Shown here in pieces: positions 53,901 through 64,000 of a stretch of 64,000 nt of DNA (position 1 is its first letter; every line of letters starts with the position of its first letter). The notes beneath the pieces were generated by a model. That model saw only the letters and a program-made list of their open reading frames with translations. It was not told the origin of the DNA and searched no databases. Both the position numbers and the translations under genes were made by a program. The DNA lies in assembly GCA_002633005.1 (NCBI GenBank), contig NMRA01000008.1:1659620-1723619 (forward strand), read 5' to 3'. Source of the stretch: Phoronis australis. Its lineage: Eukaryota; Animalia; Phoronida.

Positions 53901-56900
53901 CTTTTTGAACTTTTCATTCTCCTTATCACCCAACTCTTTATAGTGTTTCAGCACATTAGCTTCGGTCGCCAGTTGGGTGTACTAAAAGCAGACATGAAAT
54001 CATTTTTGATTTTTAACAGGTGAAAAAGAGGAAAATTCCAAGCCCTGTAGTCTACAATAATTGAAATGACTACCAAACATTGTAGTTTTTAACAAGAGAA
54101 GGCAAGTATTAGATATCTTTTGTCAGAGGCTCATCCCTGCAACTTGTGTACTCCACAAGCACACGTATTATTGTACAGAGAAACTAACAGTTAATTCTCC
54201 ACGAAAAATAAATAAATAAACTGCACTCACAGCACAAACTCAAACGAATCTATGAGAGCCTTTGGATAGTGATCCGCCATCTCGTTCACTCTGAGAATGT
54301 CCACTAGGTGTCATGGGACCAGGCTTGAAACATCAGCTCTTCAGAATATGGTTGTACGTTCTGGGAAGTTGGTACCTCCCACTGTCTCTACTCCAACTTT
54401 CCAGAATGTACAACCATATTCTGAAGAGCAGACTGATGTTTCAACCCTGGTCCCACAACACCTAGTGGACACTCTCTGAGTGAACAAAATGGCAGATTGC
54501 TATCGAAAGGCTCTAATAGATTCCTTTAATTTTTTGCTGCGGGTACGGTTTGTATATTTTTATTGTGTCAACTATAGCTGATTAGCTTTCACTAACGTGG
54601 TAATTCTGCGCTTACTTTGCACAAAAATAAAAGCCAAAACTGTGACAGTCATTTTAATTCCATTTTACAAACGCCGATACTCTGCTACAGATAATGTAAA
54701 CTTTACTAAATGTTGTCTAATGACATCTACACAGTACAAACCATGCTAGTAATAAACCAAAATTTTATTTATCTTCATTTTTGAGAAAAATTTTGACATA
54801 ATAACATGTCAATTCTCGGCCATATTGTGCGCTAAATAAGTGAAGAATTTCTTTAATACGACTAGCACATTTTTGCACAAAGTATTTTACGGAACAAAAT
54901 CCTACCTTCGACAGCTGAGAGTCTAGAGAGGAGGATAGTTCGTTCAGTTGTTCCTGTACAGTGAGTAGTAATTCGTTCTGTCTGGTTGAATCCTGCAGAC
55001 GTCCTCCATCTATGACAGTCTTCAACATCTCCAGTTTACCTCTACAATACAGGAGTAGGGAGAGAACCAAATGAAAGTGTTTCAAGTTGGATTCGCCAAA
55101 AATATGATTCACTGGAAATAAGACAGTCAATCATGCTTTAAACAATGATTAGTTTTGCCGACAAGTATTACTTTGCAAACAACATAGTGAAAGGATGTCG
55201 TTGGTGCAACTGTCTTATGTCCGTGGTACATCACACCGAGCAAACAGAATCACAAACATTTGAGGTACACAGTGATTGTGTTCGGTCAGTAGAATGGAAT
55301 GCACAAACTGTATGAATTCAGTAGTCAATAAGGGCTAAAACAAACGTTTCTGAGATAAAACAGGTAATGTGTATTGTGGTACAAATTGGCGTTACCCTTT
55401 AATTAGCTGCTCGTGTATTTTTCAGTAAATGCGAGATTATCTTTCAATAAAAACGCCCAAAGGAGTGAATCAACTCCCACTAATGTTCAATCATTTTAAC
55501 AAAAGCATGATAACCAAGCAGTTCTGTAGACTTAAGAACCTTTCAAAAAAAGTAAGACAGCACGTGAGCGAAAATTTCACCAGTATGCCAGCAAGTGCAC
55601 CCTCATAAAATGGCAGCCACTTCAGAAGCGATTGGTTGGTAAGGCTGGAATGTTGAATTACGGGAACGAATTCACAGTTTCTATTGCATAAGCGTAGATT
55701 TCGTGCCAAAAAAGCAGCACTAATTAGTGTAGCAATGATTCGATGACTTGTTGCCAACATCATCGTTACGGAAAAAACGTTGAATAGATTCAAAGATCGT
55801 AAAATCGATTCTACGATCTCTCAAAAAATCAAAGATTCACGCAAACGAGGCAAAATCTCTACCCACGCAAATGTTCCTCTGGTATTGCTAAAATGTTTTA
55901 AAAAGTCATAGATAGAGGCGAGGTCACCTTGGTTGCAGGCAAATCTTCATCTGATAAGGTAGAGCGGCGTCATCTGTAATTCGCGAAAGAAAAATAACAG
56001 TTCTCACCCAGACTCAATGCCTATCACAGCGAGCAGCCTTGCCAATACAATGTCACTTAAAACCAGTTCAGATTAGAGCCTCAAAGCGGCAAAGGACAGC
56101 GACTTATAGCCTACGAAACATTTCCAGTTTCCCAACAGTCTAGTGCTAATGTTCTTGGTCTACGGAACGCATCCCGGTAAACGCCCTGGCTGTTCATACC
56201 TAGCTGCCTCTTCCTGCACATTGGACTCGGCTTCTGATGCTTTCCATTCACTGTAGGCCTTGTTGACATCCTTCCACACCCCTGAATCACGGTCAGTCTG
56301 GAACACGTACACTGACCTTTTGAATTACATATTATATCCTGTGATAAAACTGCACACCTTAAACTCACTGACTTCAACAACAAAAAGAAGCGAATAGTGA
56401 ACTTAGAAGATTTCAGATATTTAATTTACAAATCATACTGCACCTAACGAAATGTGTTACTTTCTCATCCAGACCTAGACCAGGATATGGCATGCTGGAG
56501 ATATAATGTTTGAATGTTCAAGACACATAACATACATTACACTTTACAGACAGAGAAATTTCTAATCAAAGTGTTGTTTGTTTATGACGTGTCACAAATT
56601 CATACATAAATCTTCTGATTAGAACTGAGGTTAAGATGATGACAAAGCAATACTGTACTGTGAAAAATGAGACTGAAGACTTGCTTTTAGTGCCACCAAA
56701 AGTGAGAATCTGGCACACTATTGACAGCATACTGAGGTTGTAAGGTTAAACAGAATTGGTTCAGGCCTTTGGTTGTTTGAAAATTGATGGTTTGGTGTGC
56801 AAAGTAAGTGTTGTGTCTCCATTATACTTCACTCAAACCAAGCACTTAGGGGGTTTACAAAAAATATGCGACATTAAATGAAACTGATACAGTCGAGCAT

Positions 56901-59900
56901 TTTTTATTTGTTTTAAATGACTCTGGATACAGACTAGCACCAACTATGCTTTTTGCATAGCACATTCTAAAACTCCCCTCACTAGCCACAGTGACTGACA
57001 GTACCAGACAGGACAAGGCTGGCTGAAAAACATTAAGAGTTTACGTTTGTTTAGACAGAACTTGAGTTGAAATAAGTTTCTATTTCTGCCAGTACCACAT
57101 TAACATTTTACTCTTTACTTCAAAAAGAAACTGACGGTGAAATTTTACACTGTTACTATCAATTCCCAAAAGAAAACAAATTTTATTCACAGAATCAAGC
57201 ATCCAAGGTATCTACAAGACTGAAAAATACAGCAACTAGGATAAATCGAATAGTATGCATATTTTAGGGTTCACCAACAATAAAACTGTATCTTTTTACA
57301 GTCAATTCAACGCACTAATTCAGGTTAAAATATTGATTTTTTGAAATTATCTAGCAGACATCAGATAGATGTTTAACAAGTTGAACGCAGTTCGCTCGAG
57401 GAACCCACACATGCACCATTGTCTCAAGAACGCTCCCAAATTTGAACATAGCCAAGGTAACTCAGTAGTAATTTCTATGACTATTATACATACGGTTCCT
57501 GTGTCATCCATGGCTGCCTTGAGGTCCTGAGTGTATCTTGTGGCAGCATCCCCTGCCAACACGTTCTGCTTCACAGCTTTATCACACCACGCCTGAGCAT
57601 CAGCCAGGGATGCCAACAATTCTTCTTGTAAGGCTGAAAGACAATTTACTAATGAGTGAACAAGCAAGCACATCGATCCAAACTTTATCGACGACAAAAT
57701 CCATGGCAATACTCCCAAAATTTATGCCTGTATAGGTTTTTTTTGGAGCACAGAACTATCCCGTTTCAGGACATTTGGGCAAGTCCCAGAAAGAATCAAA
57801 ATTGAAATTTTCACCATAACATTTCTATGCAAAATTGGACCAGCTACGTTGAGTGCAAAACCATGGTCGATTTTCGTAAATTGTGTAACTGATCTTGACT
57901 AGCTATGTCTTAGCGCCACGTTCTGAAACTACCAGACTGAGCATAACTCAAAATATTAAAAGCTGAATATGGACGAATGTAGTACAGAAATCTGCAACCA
58001 CGGCTTACGCTAAGTGATCGGCTGAACTTCAAAGACTTCCACTTTCTACCTGATAATAGCATCACATGCACACAAAATAATACCATGATTACTTCTAAAC
58101 TATCTCAACACGAGATCAATTGTAAGAACAAATTACAGGTCAAACACAGGTTAATCACCACCTATCGTAAGCCGAAGACCACTTGAATGTATTTATCGTC
58201 CATGGGCACATTTACGGTTCATATCACCCACCTTCATTCTCCGAGGTTTCAGTGGCAGCTTGCAGCTCAAGCCTATCTTTTGTTGACTGTGCATCAACTT
58301 CTTTAGGCAATGTTACAGGGACAGCAGACACGGGCTCTGAAAACAAAGTATTTTCCTTTATGACTTTATTTCCTTTGTGTCACGTATATCCATGGGCTAA
58401 AATGTTAGACTTTGACAAGCACGAGTATTGTCACTGCTTATGAAAGCACCAATGATAGAAATTTTAGTAATGGGAATTGGATGGACTTTTACCAGTCATT
58501 AATCAGTGCTCAGCAACTGACGATCAATGATGGGCAGTATTCTGAACACTGTCCAATCACTGATGGTCAGTTGCTGAACGCTGCTGAGCAGCTGATCACC
58601 AATGATTGGTTAGTGTTAAGCAACAAATCACCAATGACTGAACAGTGTTCAGCAACTGATCATCAATGATTGGAAAGTGTTCAGCAACTAATCATCAGTG
58701 AGTGGACCATGTTCAGCAACTGATCATCTATGATTGGACTGTGTTCAGCAACTGATCACCAATGATCAATAAATAATATCCTTTTAATTTATTTTGCAAC
58801 CTATTAAGTGTTTTCAGTATTTCCTGTATTTAGCCAAGAATTTCTCTCTTGCAACACACAGTCATACATTTACAAACTTCTTGGCATTAATGTGCACACA
58901 TTCCGTTTCTGGCATCATCATAGATTTTAAATACCTCATGGTTTCAAGGAAAATGTATGTGTTGACTGAGAACACTGCAGTTAACAGTGAATTATCCAGT
59001 ATCAACACTGTTTTTCGTAGTTAGACATACCTGGTTTATCAACATGCAACTCTGTTGGCTCGGAAGTTTGAGGCTGGGCTATGGCTGGTGCCTGCACAGA
59101 ATAAACAAAAATTTCCAATGTCATGACAATATGGAAAATAAAACATTCCGAAATTGGAACCAGTAAATACAAACTTAAGAATTCAGATTTTAACTTTATT
59201 AAGCTTCTCACAACTTGTTGTTTTTTGATTTTTGAAGCATTCTCAAATATGAACATATGGAAACTTTGTTCTCCTGAATTTAAGTCTTTGTTTAGTTTCT
59301 TTGTGTCTTCTATTCAGAGTTTGTACTCCTGAGAAGCACCGTGTGAAAAGCAACTCGACTTCAACAAAACTTGCTAGTAAAACCAAACTTTCACATGATT
59401 ACACAACAATTACTGGAGTCACATATTAGACAAGATTTTATTAATAATTGCTTATGGATGAACAGATCGAGTGACCTTCCCTCAACTCAATGTCCCATAC
59501 AGAGCTTGAAAACCGAACACCTAATTCACATCCACAATTCGTGAGAAACTTCAACTTGAATTGTTGTTCATGAGATATCCATAAACAGATAAATTTTAGC
59601 TGTAACACAACAACAGTGACCAACTGGCAGATAGAGTGTGACAGAGTACATACCTCCACACTGTTTTTAGCACCCGTATCTCTTCTTTTCCACAATCCTT
59701 GTTCCTTGATTTTTTCTGGATCGCTAACAATGCTCCCGCCAGGCAGAACATTTGGCCTAAAAAACAAAAAACAGGAAAATAGCTGAGTAATGTTTTTGAA
59801 CATTGCCAGTGGAGACATAAAATTCATTGTTTGTATTACCGTAAACGTTCGGGTTAACGCCCATGCTCAGTTAACCGCCCACCCCCTACTTTAGGTGGAT

Positions 59901-62462
59901 TTTCGATTTAACCGCCCACTGCTCGGTTAAGCGCCCCCTGCGATTTTTGAAGAGTTCCAGTTAAGCGCTCACCTCTCGGTTAAACGCCCATCCCCGACTT
60001 TTAAAGAATGAAGATTTAGCGCCCAGTGCTAAGGAAACGCGCGATTCCCCGACTTTTAGAAAAAGATCGATGATCACAATGAGCGCAACGACGCCGGGCC
60101 TTCGAGACGGTGGTTTAGCAATGTGAATTGCAATAATACAAGTAACGAGTTATTATTGTCTTGGGTCATGGACTCACTTCAAAATATAATACTTGAACGT
60201 TTTTGTCACTTTATTTTCTTCCCATGTTTGCAAAGTTTAAGAACGCCGCCGGCGTCAAAACCTCCGCTTTCAGCGACTTTGTCTGCCGCGCTGAGTTTTC
60301 GTCTGCAGTGCACTTGATAAAACATATATTCGAAAAAATCAGGCCAGAGAAATGAGACAATGGTTAAAAGTATATAGTCATGCCCGTTTCTGTTACTTAG
60401 GACTGTCGCTATTCTCCTTTGATGTGTGACTTTGTAGTGGTGCACGCGCGCAAGTTCCCACACTTTAGAGTGCATGTTACCTTGACACCAACATGTGAAT
60501 GACAGGTGACTCGCACGTAGGCCCTACGCGCGTGCTGAATCCCGCCGCTATCTTTGGCCATAAAAAACGAGATGCATATTGAAAGAGGCCGTTATATTAC
60601 TTGACGGCATTTCCAAGTCACGATTGTCAGCCGACTGAGACATTGCGCGCTAACAACGGGACCTAACAGTGCCGCAGTGCGATATTGCAAGTGATATAAA
60701 TAGGATAATCTGGACATCTTGCACGAAAAATAAATGTTTTTCCACCACGAAGTTTGGTAAGGTGATCGTTTATGAATTGAAATATCGCTGTTTTGTAGCG
60801 TTTTATCACATATTTATGCCGTGGCTCGAAATTTTATTCTTGATTGACGAGTGGAACACGGCCGCTTAACCCCGATTCTTGTCTTGGGCCTACTTCTTTG
60901 CCGAGCATGTTTGGCGCCGACGGCAAGTGAGCAATGCCGGGCAGTCGAGACTGATCTGAGAACTGTAAGCCTTGCTTTTTTCGATGAGTTAAGCTACATC
61001 TTCTTTTTACCAATATCTCGCTGACTGCCATGTTTAATGTTTCTCAAAACCAGCGACTTCAGAAATAAAGAACAACTACATGAACATGTCTGCTGCAGAA
61101 CAACCATTGATTTATTGTGGCTAGAATATGTCATATTTGATGGATAGTATGCTTAATTTTTGGTAACAACAAAAACAAAAAATGCCAGAATTTGACATAT
61201 GCTACTGAAATATATAAATTCCAATCAAAACTATAAATACTTGAAATAAATTAGATTATGTGAAATAAATCCATTTTCCGTTACTGCAGAAAACTGGCGT
61301 CTTTACAGATCTATCAGGCTAAACCTCTCTCGCTAAAGGTTAATGTAATTGTAGAGAGGCTACGAACTTTAAAATTAGCGACTGCGCGTAAGTAAATTAC
61401 TCTGAGTGGGTATAAATACCTGTTGGTTGATGGAAGGTATGGCTCTAACAAGCTGGACACAAAAGTAAGCTTTTCCAACAACTGCTGCTTAAACTCGTCA
61501 TCATAGGATGCATACGCCAATACGCCTCCGCAGCCTGCACCGATGCCCAGGAGAGTGAACCCAACAAATCTTAGAAATCCTTTTCTAAAATGTTTCAATA
61601 CGTATTATTTGCGAGCATGCAACAACTATAAACAACTTACTTTGATTACTACATCATACACAACTTTTCTGAAAGCAGATTTCCAACAATATAACTATGG
61701 CCACAAGTCTAGTTACTAATTTTGTTTTTCATAAGATTGTCAATGCACGGTTAATTGTTATCATATGTTTATATATTACACAAATCAGGTTTTGTACAAA
61801 TAATTATTATTATTCCACTATGATGTATTCAGTGTGATGAAAATTTATTAATTGTCCTAGACATATATGATGTCACAGAACGAACATAATACCACAGGGT
61901 TTATTCCTGTACATTCAATCGAATGTTTGAGTTGTAAGCATGTCTAGGAAAATTCTGTCTTTTAATAAGTTGAAACTAAGCTTATTAATAATAATAGCCA
62001 CTTCTGGTATGTTAAAACTACTTCAGTTTGGGACACAATGTGGCAGACACATGAAATTTCACTGTGTCAAGTTTCTCAACAAAAAGAACTTTTTAAGACA
62101 ATTTACAATGCTATTGGTATTACGATTTGTATGGTGTAGCTATTATCAAACAACGTCGAGTACAATTTTAAGCCCATGCAACAACATGGTATGGCAAGCC
62201 TCTGAAAAATAGAAATATGTCGATTTTTACCGCAAGAGTTAAGATATTTCTATCAAAATAAAAAGATTGCGTCTGTCAACTATGGAACATGTTGTTGTCG
62301 AGTTACTTGTTTATAAACTTACTTTTTTTGTTTTGGCAAGCTTTGAATCGGGTCGCGAACAGGCATTTCGGATGGAGATAGGGGAGTTTTCATGGAAGGA
62401 ACTTCTGGCTTCTCAGATGACTGTCTTACGGCTTGTTGATTCATGCATCTCTGTTTTCCCAG
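50898..62462 (-). CDS. IMMT: MICOS complex subunit MIC60/mitofilin, 5'-partial; exons (5'->3') 62462-62323, 61584-61420, 59756-59654, 59091-59031, 58336-58232, 57633-57494, 56297-56200, 55041-54906, 53981-53852, 53446-53223, 52142-51914, 51499-50898
   Basis: TM segment GIGAGCGGVLAYASYDDEFK, followed by LSEDELNSLLAHAHRRVEQLQKQL and LALQAAAHSEH. C-terminal mitofilin domain AVERGVSSEEQLKARF...GDLESATRFMNQLKGESKRVASDWLREARLFLETRQ. All 11 junctions are GT-AG and phase-consistent (710 aa). The start exon was not identified. Confidence 0.93.
52981..53067. repeat. 41-bp tandem duplication in IMMT intron
   Basis: tgcagtaatatgtctattaccttgggacataat at 52981 and 53022. Confidence 0.85.
54230..54540. repeat. 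Long imperfect palindrome (foldback MITE-like, arms about 145 bp) in IMMT intron
   Basis: For example tgtccactaggtgt..tgggaccagg.ttgaaacatcag..gctcttcagaatatggttgtac.ttctgg is mirrored by ccagaatgtacaaccatattctgaagagc..ctgatgtttcaaccctggtccca..acacctagtggaca. Confidence 0.85.
58447..58767. repeat. 32-bp minisatellite (about 9-10 units) in IMMT intron
   Basis: gtgttcagcaactgatcatcaatgattggaaa-like units at 58581, 58613, 58645, 58677, 58709 and 58741, increasingly degenerate upstream. Confidence 0.85.
59837..60030. mobile_element. End of a probable TA-targeting DNA transposon with subterminal repeats
   Basis: Starts taccgtaaac, followed by about 7 copies of ttaa.cgccc. No partner TIR was recognised. 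Confidence 0.45.
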
Positions 62463-64000
62463 CTGCAAATTTTAAATAGCATAGGATCTGATCATTAAAA
62501 TCTAAAAGAAACATACGTTGCACCTGCAAGCTTAATTTACCACTATAAAAAGTTTATAAAGTGGTCCTGTTTTGGCTTAAAGGGAAATTTTTGGAGAGAA
62601 ATAGTAGTAACGCAGAATTCAACTCTCTAGCTCCACAATAACAGCTAAACGTTCTGCTGCTGAGCCAAATCCCAGACATTATGTAAATAGAGTATTCTAA
62701 GTGTATTTAAATGATAAAGACACTGACCTTGATTTTAGCAAAAGTTTGGATTTGGAATTCTTTGCGAAATACGTCTTAATTCCCAAGACGTGCTTCATTG
62801 AGGGTATGCTTAGAGCCAGAAAGAATCGTTAAAGAAGATAAGCACTTTTATAAGTGGTACATTTTTAAGGGTATAATGTATTACTTGACAAGGTGAAAAC
62901 TTCTTACTTTGTGGCCAGAATTGGACTACCGTCTGTTTAAAATACAAGGAGCAGTATATTATCGCCTGTAAAATCCTACGTCAACCACTAGCGATATAAC
63001 TGCCTGCCATGGATACTTCTAGAAGTCTGCCTTTTTCCCTTAAGACATCACTAGTACTATACCCCAACACACAGCAGTGGAAACTATCCGACAACACAAT
63101 ATCAGCTATTTATACCACTTGATTGAAACCTCCCATCAGAATTACATGGGACTTGTTGGTGGCAATCATATAGAGCAAGCTGGCTGGTCACTGTTACTGG
63201 TAAACCAACTCATCTGGCTAAGTTAGTAATAGCCAAGTGGTGCAAAGAAGTGTTCTAAATATAAAGCTTTGCACCAATGTGGGCAAAAATTGGCTATGTA
63301 AAATCTAACATAAAATTAGTGTTATTAAAAAGCACATTCTTCTTTGAGTAAACTGAATATTTACTGGTGTTAGATTGTTAGGCGTTCTGCTGTTATTCAG
63401 CAGTTAAAGTTGTGAAGCGATCTCATGGGTCGGCTTTCGGTGCCATGGAATAAAGCGTCACTTATTGACCACTTTCTCTTTTCACTGATTCTTCAATCAG
63501 TTGTTCTTCCACAAGGTTGCATACATGTCACAACAAAAGATCGGAACTGGTTTCGTAAGTTTTTAGTATTCTAATACCAGCAAACTACATTTCAGAGTAG
63601 ATTTGCTGCTGTGAAGCTGTCATCATCTCCCGAAAGATGTTGAAAAAAATTTAGCAAATGGCATATGCGCATGTAACAAGTGTACTGTTTTCAAAATGAG
63701 GATAGGCTTTTCTTTGACTCTGTTTCAAAAGGCAGAGAATTACACAAGAAAATAACATTTAATAGATTGCTTTGAAAGCTTAAACGGCTGCAAGTGGTAT
63801 ACTGGGGAACCCAATGTTCGTCCGCCTAAGCATAAAACCGACTTGCTGTTGTACTCACCGAATTATTCCACTTCAAAGTTATGATCTGAATAGGATTCGA
63901 TTTAACTCTCACAGATATACCGCATTCATCGATTCGGAAGTTTTCTTTAATTTGTGCCGAGTTATTTCAAATGTGCACTGCCTTCGGCAGCCATTTTATT

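Noticed and set aside
58447-58767. CRISPR-like regular repeats
   Set aside because: Units are contiguous with no unique spacers, there are no cas genes, and the site is a eukaryotic intron.
62730-63940. Candidate first coding exon(s) of IMMT near 62730-62797 and 63859-63940
   Set aside because: The first has an incompatible phase with exon 62462. The second is phase-compatible but lacks a visible start or presequence character, so it is left unresolved.

Overview
Eukaryotic, AT-rich animal genomic DNA with GT-AG introns, microsatellites and many short DNA transposons. The style suggests a marine invertebrate, but that is inference only. No rRNA, tRNA or CRISPR array was recognised. Five protein-coding genes could be assembled by hand with consistent splice phases: (1) an intronless p24/TMED3-7-like gene (3495-4112,+); (2) a three-exon, secreted, bacterial-type M4 (thermolysin family, LasB/vibriolysin-like) zinc metalloprotease (6618-13431,+); (3) a five-exon prostanoid-receptor-like class A GPCR (21127-28125,+); (4) a three-exon SLC52 riboflavin-transporter family gene (45118-48046,+); (5) MIC60/mitofilin IMMT (minus strand, 12 exons, 50898-62462, first coding exon unresolved). 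The highlight is the M4 protease. It has the complete prepro-architecture of Gammaproteobacterial elastases and intact catalytic residues, yet it is split by two spliceosomal introns and carries many extra cysteines. It is therefore a candidate horizontally acquired bacterial protease domesticated by the host. Other observations include decayed tandem copies of exon boundaries, MITEs with readable TSDs, a Tc1/mariner relic, long hairpins and an assembly duplication at an N.
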